Part shown: positions 13,247 through 27,370 of the stretch, piece after piece
Layout of the letters: every line of letters begins with the position of its first letter
How positions within the stretch are numbered: position 1 is the stretch's first letter
Assembly: GCA_009914755.4 (NCBI GenBank)
Contig: CP068257.2
Location: 22,048,001 to 22,112,000 of the forward strand
DNA from: the human T2T-CHM13v2.0 reference genome, Homo sapiens
DNA: 64,000 bases
Direction: 5' to 3'
Notes under the pieces: model-generated
Databases searched by the model: none
What the model saw: the letters and a program-made list of their open reading frames with translations, nothing else
What the model was told of the DNA's origin: nothing
Program-made: the position numbers and the translations under genes

Positions 13247-15303
13247 AATAATTTAGATACTTAGTATCCTGTTGAGGCAAAAGGGAAGCTTATTTTAACA
13301 GTACATTTTTATGTCACAGCTGAACAGCTCTGTCTATAGCTTGGCTGGGCAGCTTCATTATTTAACAGAATTGTGGGAGTGGGGGTAGCGCCTGGGTGGC
13401 TTCAGCCTGGGATACGCGAATATGAGGTCATGATGAGAAAGAGAGATTTGATTATGTGGGTCATAAAAGTGGTCATTACCAACCTCCCACATTTGTGGAA
13501 ATGTATCTCTCTTTCCACAGGGACTGCCTGAAATGAAAAGTGGCTCTTTAGAAACAAGGAGGATTTTATCGCTCAGGCAGAAGCCTCATAAAGGCTGCCA
13601 TGAGATTTGCCTCGAACAGTTAGGAAGGCACCTTCATCACAGAAGGCCTGCAAAGCTCAGAGTAAAGTGCCCATGAGAAACCGCGGAGACAATTAACCCC
13701 TTATAATATTTCTGAAAGGAAATATCCAGAATCCTGGAAGAAGAAAATTATCTTGTTTAAATAGCTTTTAATTAACTGCAAGGAACCATGAAACCGTTTT
13801 GAGTGGAGTCAAAAGGGGCCATTTGAGCCGCAGAGGTACTTGGCTGTACACGGCAGCCTCCTGGGGAGATTGCTTTGCTGTCCTATTAGAATTCTTTTCC
13901 AGGGTTAAGGGTCATTTTAAAGATCCCCATATGGTATTTCCATACTCACCAAGAAATGACACTAGTTAAAATTACAGGAACTTATTTTGTCCTGTTTATT
14001 TGCTATCAAGTGTGTTCAAAATATATATTCGATGCTTTGTGAAGTGTGGCTTGACCAAGCTTCACAGGTCTTTACATTTGCAGCAGTATTTCGAGTAGAC
14101 AAAAGAGATGAAGACCAGTCATCTTGCCCCATTATATATTATTTCATAGCCTCTAAACCTGATTAAGTTGCTCTCAACTGTAGTAAAGAAAAGGACTGTA
14201 ACTGCCTACCTCAAAAAGGAAAATGTGTAGCTTTTGATAGATGGGATAAAGAGACATGTACAACCAATAGATATGGTTTTATTGTTAGTATAAGAAACTT
14301 GTGACTTCAGCTAATATTGGCTAAAGTCATTAATACTGTTTTTTTTTCTTTCTCAGACACTATCCCAACAACCAAAACATTGAACTTTCGTGGCAAGCTT
14401 TGGTAGCACACAGGCCTTCAGCTATTTTACTGTAGTGCATATGTTATGTGTCCACAAAGCTACGAACAATTTTTGCTTAAGGAAATTGACTTTTCATTGT
14501 GATGAAAATCCACGAGGACAGGAGAAAAAAAGGAGAAAAGGCCAAGAAGAAGAAAAGAAATGTGTTTCTTACATTCTGAGGAAAATCAGCAGAATATGTG
14601 AAGTTTTTTGTTTAGTGTGTAAATTTCATCACACCATTCTGATTGAACATGTCTATGAGGCTAAAATTACAGTGTATGGATGAATGTCAAGTGTTACCAG
14701 TTTAAAAAGATAATGTCAATTCTTTATGAACTGCTGCATTCTCATATGAATTACATTTAAGTATATGGCTTTTTAACTTATATATTTATAATGCTTGCTT
14801 TAGTCTTAATTGTAAAATTTTCTATAAGTTACAAAAATTCACAGCTGTCAAATCTTTAATAACGAAAGTGTTTTGAAATGCTGGCATTAAGTGTAGACAA
14901 AATTTTTGCCAGCATAAGTGCTAACGTGTCTGTAAAACAAAATTAGAACACATGCACTTTTAGTTTTTTAAGGAAAGAAATATACATCCTGACATTCATA
15001 TTATGAAAAGTAGAGTGATAAATTAGTCTTTAGGTATTAGAACATATAAAATAATGTATTTTGCTTCAAAATACGGAACAAAACACAATTCACCAAGAAT
15101 ATTAAAGATTAGAAGCCATAATCAAAAAATAAATGACTCTTACTTCAATACTCCAAAACTAAATACATGATGAGGTCTACCCTGTCATTTTTGATCATGG
15201 TAAAATCAGGAGCAAATATTTGCTGGGCACCCACTGTATGCATCTATGTTAATCCAGGTTCTCTTAGAAGCAGATGCTAATATGGGATTAAATGTGTGTG
15301 GAT

Positions 15304-15609
15304 GGCCAGGGGTATGGTGATTCACTCTGGTAACTCCAGCACTTTGGGAGGCCAAGGCTGGCGGATCACCTGAGGTCAGGAGTTCGAGACCAGCCTGGCC
15401 ACCATGGCAAAAAACCCTCTCTACTAAAAATACAAAATTAGCCAGGGGCAGTGGCACATACCTGTAGTCTCAGCTACATAGGAGTCTGAGGCAAGAGAAT
15501 CACTTGAGCCAGGGTGGCAGAGTTTGCAGTGAGCCGAGGTCATGACTCTGTACTTCACCCTGGGTGACAGAGGGAGACTCTGTCTCAAAAAATAAGTAAA
15601 TAAATAAAT
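15304..15609 (+). mobile_element. Alu SINE (AluS-like)
   Basis: ggccaggggtatggtgattcactctggtaactccagcactttgggaggccaagg ... gagactctgtctcaaaaaataagtaaataaataaatg. Confidence 0.9.
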
Positions 15610-16084
15610 GTGTTTGGGTTTTATTAGGGAAATAACTATGGGAAAAATAAATAGGGGGAACCTGGAAGAGCCATAAGAGCCCAAAGCAAATTTGACCCAA
15701 AGTGAAAAAGAGAAAATTGGCTGGACCCATCCTGGACTGCCATGCAGCCTAAGAACTATTCATTTGAAATGCCAAAGATTTTTTTGAGCACAAGTCAGCT
15801 GACAAAGGGATCCCATGTTTCCTAGGATCTTAGTCTCTCTGTCACACTCAGTCATCCACAGGGATCAGCCTGTCGGGGAAAATGCTTTGGCACAGATGCT
15901 GAAATGAATTTAAAAGCAAAGCAGCCAGGGCTCTATGTCAAGAATACTTTCTGTAGCAGAAAGTCTGAGGAGCTTAATCTCAGGGCTTCCAGAAGAATAT
16001 TCTTGATGTGAGATGGAAAAGTACATGAGAGTCAATGGCAGAATATGTTCCGTTACTACAGGAACCTATAATCAATTTTAAAAC

Positions 16085-16540
16085 CTGCTGAGATGGTTAA
16101 TTTTATGTGTCAACTTGCCTTGGCTAAGGGATGCTCAGATAGCTGGTAAAAAAAAAAAAATGTATCTCTGAGTGTATCTGTGAAGGTGCCTCCATAAGAG
16201 AGTCACATTTGAATCTGAAGGCTGAAAAAGGAGATCACCCTCACCAACTCTAGTGGGTATCATCCAATCCTTTGAGGGCAAGCATAGAACAAAAAGGCCA
16301 AGAAAGTGCAAATTTGCTCGTTTGAGCTGGGACATCCATGCTCTCCTGTGCTTAGACATCAGTGCTCCTGCTTCTCAGGCCCTCAGACTGAGCTAGGGAC
16401 TTTTACAGCATTTGATCCCCTGCTTCTCAGGCCCTTGGGTTTGAACTGAAATTACACTGCTGGCTTTTCTGGGCCTCTACCTCTAGAGAACACATGTTGA
16501 AACTTCTCAGGTTCCATAATTGCCTGAGCAAATCCCTCAA
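16085..16540 (+). mobile_element. Ancient LTR-class interspersed repeat (family not resolved)
   Basis: The motif ttaattttatgtgtcaacttg..ggcta.gg.tgc.cagata.ctgg ... ccataattgcctgagcaaatccc is typical of an old mammalian LTR family. The same family recurs at 22385-22900. Confidence 0.4.
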
Positions 16541-19500
16541 AAAAGTCACTTCCTATATGTCTTTCTATGTGTCTTATTAGTTTGTTTTTTTGGGGTGAAA
16601 CATGACTAAAACACCTACTTTGATATTTTCCACTGGAAACTAAGTTAATAAAAAAGCTTTGGGGCATTTTGTTTGCATCCCATTCTCATTCTATTTCTCT
16701 GCGCACCTTCCATCATCCTTTCTATGTTTCAATCTTTGATGCCAAGAAATACATCTTCCTCTTTGTGTTATCCGTGAAAGTAAAACATTCTCTAAATTTT
16801 GATTTTTGAAGCAGCAGAAAATAAAAACAGATGAGGTAGATACGTTCAGACTCCATTCATCTTGGAAGAACCTATGTCTTCTGAAAAGAAGCTGTTTTTT
16901 GGTTATTTTTAATTAAATTTTTAAATTTATTAACAAAGTGCCCTAGGCTCTATGTTGAAAGAGCAAGGCTTCATATGAGGATATAACTCTCTATACAATT
17001 CCACTGTTTTTAAACTTGTTCAATACCTGTAAATCAAGTGTAAGTTGCACACACAGGATGCCTTATGTTGGCATGAGCTTGCCATTGGTAGGTCTGCATT
17101 TTCACCATCCTCTTAGTTCATTCTCGCTTTCTACAGCAGAGGTGATTCTACATAGAACAATGTGTGTGTATGTGTGGGGCAAGTTGTGAAGGGAGGTTGG
17201 GGAACATAACAGAATCATGAGTCTTTCCATTGCTGAACAACCAGCATATCAGTGAAAGAGGAGTGGCCTAGAGTTTGAAAAAATTCAGAATAGAAAAGGG
17301 GTGACTGAAAGGAAAGGGATATTTAGTATCAAGGAAGAGTCCTAAAACAGGAATTAGGACATCTGAGTTCAAGTCCAACTTCAATATTTATTAGCTGTGT
17401 GATTGTTAAAAGATAACTAAATTAGTTAATGTTTGTGTTTAAAAACCCAAATAATAATTATTAAAGAAAATAAAAAATTACCATAAAATTTCTAAGAATA
17501 TTAAATTTCTGAAAATATTAATTCTGAAATTGCACGTTATGCAAATTAAACAAGTGTATTATAAAGTATCTTAATAAGTATTTACATATACTGTAAACAT
17601 ATCTTAATTATCTATAAATTTACATTCCTACAAATGCTACAGCTTAATTATTTGATTAACAATATAGATGCTTTGGTTTGGGTTAACTCATTCACACATA
17701 TGCACTACAGAAGCCCAATTCAAACTTAACTCAAAAACACAAAGTAATTATTAGTTCATGTAACAAAGATGTTTGTCTCAGGGAGCAGTAGAATCAAAAT
17801 GAAAATAATATCATCTTGGCTCTGCCTTTATCAGTTTTGCTTATCTGTGCTTCTCTTTTCTTCCAGGTTTTTTTTTAATTCCTGTTGCAGATAACTTTTT
17901 TGCCTCATTGAGAAAGATGACTTCTGTAAATCATAACCCTGTATGCTAACAGCTAGTGATCCAAAATGAAGACAGTTTTCCCCACCATTTCCAGCAGGAG
18001 AGTCCATTGGATGATTCTCACCATGTCTGGGTCCTTGTGCCCAGGTTTCAGTCAATTGCTCCTCCCAAAGGGTTGCGGTGTGATCACTGGCCTAGCACAG
18101 CTTAAATGCTCGGGCTTGTTGTCATGGAGAACAAAATACAAAGAATGATGATTCCAGCAAGACCACAGGTGAAATATATTCCGACGAAGAATGAGAAATC
18201 TATAGCATAATTTGAATTGTTGAAAACAAGGAAAGAAATATCAAAGGATGCCATTTATAGGATAAGAATAGGAGGTAATTGAAAATTCGATTTTATTAGG
18301 GCAAAAGCTAACAGTTTGAAACCAGTATAAAGCACTGGGTGTCTGGGAGAAAAGGAAAAGGAAAGGAAGTTGGGAAGGACCTCAGGCCTAAGAATGCACA
18401 AATGTCATTTATGTGGAAATTGCACCTTCAATTTTAATACCAACTGATATCTGATGTTTCACAGATATATTATTATTAATTAGAGATGTTACAAAATTCT
18501 GCCTAAGCAAACCCATCTCTCCAGATCAGGTGTATATTTCTAGCCAAATTCTACTCCTATGTGAAAGGATACAAAGCAAAATAAAATAAAATCAAGAAAT
18601 ACGAATACCCATGTCAAGTCTCATATTCTTTATCTTTGGCCATTTCGTCTACATTTTCCACAATTTTTTAACCTCTCTGTTCATGATCTATTTTTAAAAG
18701 TATAAAATTCTTCAATGCCCAGTTTGTTGACACATGTAAACTGATAAAAATAATAAAAATAAGAAGCAGCTGCTTAAAAAAGAGATCACTCTTTCGTGCT
18801 TTCCAAAGTGTGGTGGTGGCTGGAACTGCTTTCTTTTGACAGCCTCTTATATTTTGTCCCCTTGTTCCCCTACGTCGTTCAGTGTTCACTTCTATAGTGA
18901 TGAATGTATTATGGACTTCAAGGTAGTTTAACTCTAATCAAAGGAATGGGAGTGATCTTAGTAAGAAACTGCAGTAAACCTTAAGTGCATGTTGTTTCTT
19001 GCAGCTCATTCACTCACCTATTAAGAGAACTAACTGCTCATTTGTTGTATTTTCCAAATTTGCCCTTTTAAAGCAACTAAATTATAATAATTTTATATAC
19101 ATTTCCTTTCTAATATACTCATTACCTTAGCTGGAAATGAAATACTTATAGGCACCCATATAAGGAGAGTTATACCTTTTAAATGTAAGTAACTATCAAA
19201 GTTCAAAATAGAAATACCTCACCTATATACCACTTTGTTTGCTGATTAATTACTGTAGACTTTGAGTTCTGTCAGCCTATAAAGGAAAGTTGCATTTTCT
19301 AAACAAAAGAAAATTTTTTTCAGCTTTCAACTTTTTTCTGAGAGCCTGGGTTTTTCCTTGAATTGAAAGTAGTGTTTAATCTTAAGGTGGAGTGGCAGGA
19401 GAGTCATTATCTGAATTTATTGTCAAAAACAATCTAAATCCCTAACAAAGGGGAAAATACATTAAGTGGTTTCAGTGAGATGTATGTTGAAGAATAAATG

Positions 19501-20268
19501 GATGAGTGAATCAATAGATTAATGAGATAAGTGGTCTCTCTTGCTGCCCAGAATCCTTTGGGGTATTCCACAGGATGCTGCCTTTGCCCTGCTTATCAAA
19601 AGGGAGACTATGGAGACCCTCTCACTTCAGACCCTTTGTCTCTCAACCTCAGGCCCAATTCCAATCCTCCCCAACGTGTGATCTCTGGACATCAATCCCC
19701 ACCCCTGTCTTAGGAGAATAAAAATAGATGGTGGAGGTTTTCAGTTGGGAGTTTGACAGTCCTTAAGCCCTAGTAACATTTACCTAAAGAAGGTGCAAGA
19801 TCCATTGGATTCATTTTTGAAATTGTATTGAGCCACTGATGATCAAAGCAAGCTAATGAATCATGATGATATCTGGTTTAACTACCATGGTAGGCATATA
19901 AATCTCAGTTGTTTGTCCTATGTGTATGAAACAGCGGTATAATCCAAACAGTCAGTAAAACTAAAATTCTAACTATTTTACAATCTGGTCATTCTCCAGG
20001 AGATATACCTGTATTATAGCCTTCCTGGGCTAATTTTCCACATAAAAAGATTCATTTTAATCTGATTTTAAGGAGATGGATGTATTTTGACCCAAAGTGG
20101 TATCAGCTAATGAGAGCAAAATAGTCTTTAGCTGTTATTTAATGCTCAGTACACCTTGCATCTAAATTAAAGTGTATAAAGGGCAGTTTTAACTATTTTC
20201 AATAAAAATGTTGTAAAATTGTTAAGGGATATGTACTTAAGCATAGACTTACTATTAAAGCCAGTTTA

Positions 20269-20606
20269 GGCTGAGTGGGGTGGCTCACACCTATAATCCC
20301 AGCACCTTGGGAGGCCAAGGATGGAGGATCACTTGAGCCCAGGAGTTCAAGACCAGCCTAAGCAACATAGTAAGATTCTGTCTATAAAATAAAATAAAAT
20401 AAAATAAAATAAAATAAAATAAAATAAAATAAAATGGCTGGGTGTGTTGGTCTGTGCCTGTAGTCCCAGCTACTTGAAAGGCTGAGGTGGGAGGATCACA
20501 GGAACCAGGGAGGTTGTGGCTTCATTGAGCCATGATTGCACCACTGCACTGCAGCCTAGGCAACAAAATGAGAGGTATCTAATTTTAAAAAAACAAAACG
20601 AAAACC
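20269..20606 (+). mobile_element. Alu SINE with expanded (AAAAT)n in the middle A-rich linker
   Basis: Left arm ggctgagtggggtggctcacacctataatcccagcaccttgggagg... and right arm ggctgggtgtgttggtctgtgcctgtagtcccagctac... sit either side of about 12 AAAAT units. Confidence 0.9.
20386..20445 (+). repeat. (AAAAT)n microsatellite, about 12 units
   Basis: aaaataaaataaaataaaat... read directly. Confidence 0.9.
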
Positions 20607-20905
20607 AGAAAACACCATAGTTTATGTTCTATAAATAAAAAAAAAGTAGTCTACAAATATGTCTGATGCCAGAAGAAAGTTACATCAACAGTTGTTATGG
20701 ATAATGTAAAAAACATCAAACCTAAATAGCTTGACAGCATGTAACTGTTCCTCAGGAATCATCATTATCATCATCACAATTGTCATTATGAGCAGCAGTA
20801 ACACATCACAGTTATTATGCCCTTACTCAGTATATTTAATTCTATATTTTCTATAACCTTTTGACTTAGGTTTAATAAATCCCATTTAAAAAATAAGAAA
20901 ACAGG

Positions 20906-21262
<357 letters not shown>

Positions 21263-22384
21263 TCAGGCCACACAGAAAATAGCAAGAGCCAGATGTGAAT
21301 CACACATCTTTCTTGTTCTAAATTTCCTGTCGTCAACCACTACCCTGCCTCCCACAGTGTCTCTTAGGCACTCACTTGACATTGATTTTCCTGATATATC
21401 TCACAGGTCCCTGTAGTTTTATTGCATTGATATCCTCCACGGAAATTCTCCAATTTCCCTACTCTACAGTCTGCATTTTTTTTTCAGTTATATATGAAAT
21501 GCAGCTTTGGAATTCCTCACTCTGTCTACTTAGCTAAAGCTTATGGCAGATTCTTGGCACATATGTTTTACTTTATCAGTTTTCTTCAGAGTGTTGTTCT
21601 TGCCACATCACAAATGTTTTTGCTTCCTTACATAATGCAAATTTTCATCACCCAAGCCCATGTATTGGAAAATGTAGAAATAAAATACTGCTTGAGAATT
21701 TGAGATATTATAATGAGTTAAATTTGCCCCACATAGAGCCCATTCTCTAGGGACCACACCACTTAGATCTTGTTACTAAAATATATGAACCGAAAGAGAA
21801 GCCAAATCAGGAAAAAGCTGGTTCAAGATGTGCAAAGGGCCAACCTCGTTAGAAGGATTTACAACCCAATTACATAAGGTCTAAGAGACTGGGCAAATTA
21901 TTGAGGCTATTCATATTATTTTACTAGAGCAGAAATTAACTATGTTCAATAATGGAGTTATTAGCTAGACCTTGAAAGGACAATTAGAGATCTTTGTTCC
22001 AATACAATTTGATTTGTTTATAAAGCATTTCTTAGTTATAGCTGCCCTGTCTTATTATAAGAATTTTTCTTTTGTTACAAGAATTTAAATTCTTATGTTT
22101 AAATTTTGTTATAAGAATTTAAATTCAAATACTAGATATTTTAATAAATATCACTAGCATTAATATTAATATTTTTGCTAAGTGAGAATAACATTCATTT
22201 TTAATTTTTTTAATGATAAACATTATCTGAAAAAATGTAACCCTACAGATTATTTTACAGCTAGACATTTTACAAAGTTAAGTACTAAATAATAATGCTT
22301 TCAAATTATAGCACTTTTTTTGCACATCATCAACAAACTAAGCTTTTTTTTTTTTATTGCTGTTCTTATAAAACCTGTCTAATT

Positions 22385-22900
22385 TCGTGTGATAATTAAT
22401 TTTATGTGTCAACTTGACTGGGTCATGAGGTGCCCAGATATCTGGCCAAGTCTTATTGTGGTGTGTCTCTCAAGATGTTCTTGGATGAGATTAACATTTA
22501 AATGGGTAAACTGAAGAAAGCAGTTGTCCTTCCTAATGTGGGTCAGCTTCATGCAATCAGGTGAAAGGCTGAATAGATCAAAAAGCCCAAGTTAAGAGAT
22601 AATTTCTCCTGCCTCATTACCTCTGAACTGGAACATCAGTTTTTCCCTGCCTCCAGAGACTCTACCTAAAATATTGGCTCTTCCAGTGTCTTGAGCCTGG
22701 ATCTTGAGCCTGGAAGTACATCATCAGCTCTCCTGGTTCTCAGATCTTTGGACATGGACTGGAACTAAACCTTTGGCTATCTCAAGCCCTAAATTGCTGA
22801 CTTATCTTGCAAATCTTCAGGAATTGTCAACTTCCACAATCACACGAGCTAATTTCTTATGACAAATCTGATGTGAGTGTGTGTGTAATTATGTATAAGA
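22385..22900 (+). mobile_element. Ancient LTR-class interspersed repeat, same family as 16085-16540
   Basis: gtgataattaattttatgtgtcaacttgactgggtcatgaggtgcccagatatctggcc ... ccacaatcacacgagctaatttc. Confidence 0.4.
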
Positions 22901-23030
22901 ATTTATATATAAATATATGTAGATTATACATAAGAATATATGTAGATTATATATAAGAACATATATAAGAATATAGGTAGATTATATATAAGAATATATA
23001 CATATAATCCTATATACATATAATCACATG
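22893..23030. repeat. AT-rich minisatellite (about 23-bp units: atataagaatatatgtagattat)
   Basis: The unit is visibly repeated 5-6 times and is preceded by a short (GT)n. Confidence 0.7.
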
Positions 23031-24439
23031 AGCCAATTTATTATAATAAATCTGATATCTGAAATACATAAATTCACAGATATATGTTTATTTAAAGAAT
23101 CCTGACTGCCAGAGAGAAATTAAAATAGAAAAAATAGCTTTGGTGATTGGAGATAGTGATTTTAATTTTGTACTTCAGTTTCTCTTGCATCTATACTAAT
23201 AGATCTTTGGTTTAGCAAAAATAAAGGGGGTGGAGATATTAATGAGGAAGGATAGTTAAGTCTTTTAAGAACCTGTTTAGACATGTCTCCTGAAAAATTA
23301 GTGCATATTATGTATGGAAATACTTGACTGCTAATTAGAACTGCTGCATAGTTCTTAAATAAAGACTGGATAAGTAGTCTGGTACTCCAGTTTCTATCCT
23401 TCATCAACTTCTAACTCAGTTTGCAAATTTTGAGATTCTCCTTAAAGTTTTCTTGTGCTTCCTATCTCTAATTTTGTTGACATGGAAGAATAAGCTCTTT
23501 TGATTATATTTTTTCAGTAGTCATGATGATTAGTTTTGAAATGGGAGAGTTCCCTGATCAGCCTCACAGGACAGGTGATGGGCTGTGTTTCATCTATTTG
23601 GTCACTACCATTGCTCAAACCTCTGACAGGAGTGGGGACATGCAGACAGGCAGGTGCAGGAGCCAGCGCACTGGGCTCTGGCCCCACAGCAGTGTGCAGG
23701 GGTGGGAGCTTGTGACTCCCATGTTACAATACTCTTTTAGCTCTGCCATCCACAGACCACCTAAGTGGTCTCAGGTGTGTCTTTGTTAGCAGTGTGAAAA
23801 CAGACTAACGGCCCCTCTGCCTTTCTGCAAGGGCAGAGGGCCAGTGTGACAGCTTTCTATATCCTGAGCTTTTGTCCAGCACCCCGGAAGAATCAGGTCA
23901 CACACAGATTTGAAGGATAAATACAGAGGTTTTCTTTAGTGGTGGAGGTGGCTTTCAACAGGATGGATGGGGAGCTGGAAGGGGGATTGAGTGGGCAAGT
24001 GATCTTCTGCTGGATAGCCAAACTCCTCTCTGACTGCCCCCAGCCAAACGCCTCTCAGCGTTCAGACATTCCTTCTCTTCTCTCTTTCTCTGCCATGCCA
24101 TTCCCCTGTTCAACTGCTTGTCTTCTCACCTCCTCATCTTCTCATCTGTTTATCTGCTTCTGGAGCCTTTTTATGGGTACAAGATTGCGGGATGTGGAGG
24201 GCTAAAGGCAACATTTTGGGCACAAAAACAGGAATGCCTCTCCCAATTTAGGGCCACAGGTCTCCAGGCTTGAGGGTGTGGTCTTTGCTGGGGAACCACC
24301 CTCTTCTATCCAGTATTTCCCTGTCTCCTGTCTGTATTAGTTTCATATGCACATTGATTGATTCATTCATTCAAAACAATTTTAACTAAGGGCCCAAGAA
24401 ACTTCAGTCTTTCTTCTGAGCACTAACACAGGGCAGTGA

Positions 24440-24830
24440 GAATGAGAGTCAAGACTTCCATTCTCAGGAAGCTTAGAGGGAGTCAAGGAGAAAAACAATA
24501 AATGAGTGAAAAAACAAATGTATATGATAATTTCAAATTGTGATAAAATCTGGAAATAAATAAGGGTTATGAAAGAAAATGGGAGTTGTTCTATTTCATT
24601 GTTAGGAAAGTTCTTTCTAAGAAGTTCACAATTTAGATGAAACATGAATTGTATAAAGAAACCAGTGAAGTCCTGAATTGAAGACAAAGCCAAACGAACA
24701 AGTAAATTAGAGGTGAATTTAGAATGCTGAAGAAACAGATCTCTTCCTCATCAGGCCTGATCAGCAAGAATTCCCATTCATGATCCTCCATGCTCTGTCT
24801 ACATTCAAGCAATGGCAACCTTGAAAGTTA
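24440..24830 (+). mobile_element. Possible L2/MIR-like LINE 3' fragment
   Basis: ggaagcttagagggagtcaaggagaaaaacaataaatgagtg...ataatttcaaattgtgataaaatctgg resembles the L2/MIR tail (ggagcttacattctagtggggagacagacaataaacaagtaaataa...ataatttcagatagtgataagtgc). Confidence 0.3.
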
Positions 24831-26407
24831 TCTGTGGAAGCTGATGGAGGCTTTACTTAAAATGTCTAGACTACTGATTTACCTTTTGAGGAGGGTTACA
24901 AAATAATAAGAAAATAATACTTACTGTATGTGAGCAAGAAATAATCATTTACTGTATTGTATCACTGCAATTCTGAGATGTATCTTTTACATTAGCCAGA
25001 ATTGCCTATATTAATACAGTCAAAAATTTGGGTTTTTATTAAGTGTCATGAGAATATGTTAACAGACCTCAAGCAGGGTAAGTAATATGATTTGGTCTTT
25101 GTTGTTATGCTACCACTCTGCTGAGTGGCAACGGTTTGTAGAGGAACAAGGGCAAGAGATTAATTAGGAATAAGATAATCAAAAGCTGACAATAGCATGG
25201 ACTAGGGTAGTTGCTACAGAGATAGAAGGAAATACACATGTTCTGTGTTTTTTTCAAGGTAAGTATAAAAGACCTGAAAGATAGACAGGATGTGGAGGTA
25301 ACTTACAGAGAGTGATAAAGGATGATGTTTTTCTCTAAGTTTCATGTTTTGAGCAATGAGATGAATGTCGGTATTAATTTTTCAATGGGAAGACAGAAGA
25401 ATACAGTAAAAGTGTATTTTTTGATGGGTTTTTGTGACATCCAGGGCCAATATTAGTGTATCTTTGTGTTGTGACCCATCCATAGACATTTCTGTTAATG
25501 CTGGGATTTGGAGGAAGGTGTTAAGGAGAAAATCATTGATAAAGAAACTTCTCAAGTTTAAGTGAAATAAGACCTATTACTTTTCTTACTTCAGTCAATA
25601 TAATTGAACCTAAAAATACCTGCAAAAAATGTCCTTAATAAAGGCAATAGAAAATTAGCAAGTGTAATTATTAAGGAAATGACTGAAGTAGGCACTAATC
25701 AGGACTTAAAGTCAAGACTCGTTGCAAACTTTGCCTATGATCTTCACCAGTTTTCTCACCTTGATTAAGTCTCTTGCCACGTCTGATTAAGTCTCTTTAA
25801 CAATAAATAGAGCAGACTTATTTCTCTGAATAAGCTTCTTATAATCATTAAAAATAAAAAGTCATGAGAAAACATCTCACAAATTACAAAACACTATAAA
25901 ATATAAGTAAAAGTTTCTATTACTTTTAAAATAAATACTAGAATTCAAAGTAACTTCCAGTTTTTTAAATTAACATGTTGTGTTTTTTTGTTGCTAAAAT
26001 GACATTTTTACCATGAATAATTGTGTAGCAAACAGAATACATGAATAATGGGTGGAAAGCATCAATGTAATTTCAGAAAAACAAACAAGCAAACAAATTA
26101 ACTATAGCATTTCCCAGAAGAATTTCCATGGACATAGTGATTTTCAGAGTTAATATCTTTTGGAAGGGTGGGAAAAGCTTCAAGGTGTAATTAATTCTAT
26201 ACCTAAGTCTCAATTTTGCCAAAGAACAATTCATGAATTAACATGAAGAATGTACATAACTGATATTTTAAAAAAATAGGTAGAAATGCATACAATCTAT
26301 TTTATAACTACTGGGGAAAAATACCTTTGATTTAATTTTCAAAAATGGCCTAATACTACAGACATAACAAAGCATTGTGAAGAGATCATACAGTGCATGC
26401 TTGGTGT

Positions 26408-26549
26408 GATCAATGCAAGTACTAATGTTGCTTCCTGTCTGATAAAGACAGAGGATACACATAGTAAGTAAATGAATGAATCAATGCAAGTACTAGTGTT
26501 GCTTCCTGTCTGATAAAGACAGAGGATACACAGAGTAAGTAAATGAATG
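26408..26549. repeat. Local tandem duplication, 2 x 71 bp, about 97% identical
   Basis: atcaatgcaagtacta(a/g)tgttgcttcctgtctgataaagacagaggatacaca(t/g)agtaagtaaatgaatg occurs twice back to back. Confidence 0.85.
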
Positions 26550-27308
26550 TGGTAATTGTGACAATACAACGGCAGTTCAGAATCCAAAATACATTTCAAA
26601 ATATCAGAAGTTTACAGTTCAATTTTGAGGCATATTTTATATATCTCAAAGTTGAATTGTGGATTTGTGGATTATATACCTAGCAGAGAGTGAAAGAAAA
26701 CCAACAAAAACAAACATGCAAAACAATGGACCTGTCTTAACATCCAAAATAGCTCCCCAAACCCTTTTCTGGTGTTCACACCCTTGACTATGGACTGAAC
26801 TTCATGGTGACTCACTGCTAGCAAATAAAGTGATGAATTCAAAAGTAATAAGATGTCACTTCTGAGACTAAGTTACAAAAATAATTGTGTCTTCTATCTT
26901 CCTAGCTATTTCTTCCCTCCCCTTGGAACCCTGCCTCTGGAAGAAGCCAGCAATTATTTATGAGTGATTCTATGGAGAAACCAGGCAACAGCCACACGAG
27001 TGAGCTCAAAGGGGATCTCACTGGAAATGGTTGCCATCAATACTGGAAATGGCTACTATCTCCACCTATGTACTGATAGCATCCTCAGGACAGATCTTGA
27101 ATTCGAGCCACCCTGTTAAGCTACACCTGAGTTTTTGACCTATAGATGCTGAGATAAAGAATAATTGGTGTTTTAAGCCACTATGTGTTAGGGTAACAAT
27201 TTATTACTTACGATAAATAACAAATAATGGCCTTTTTAGCTAAAACCATCTAATTTACTGTAAAATTTTGATTTTAAATTATCTTCACAAAATGCTTAAG
27301 AAAGCTAT

Positions 27309-27370
27309 ATATATGTGTGTGTGTGTTTATATATGTGTTTATATATTCATATATCTTTATGTATGTATAA
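27309..27370. repeat. (TA)n/(TG)n compound microsatellite
   Basis: atatatatgtgtgtgtgtgtttatatatgtgtttatatat. Confidence 0.7.

Noticed and set aside
23560-24200. Relatively G/C-richer stretch checked as a possible CpG island or promoter
   Set aside because: It has very few CpG dinucleotides. Nothing in the window meets CpG-island criteria outside Alu elements.
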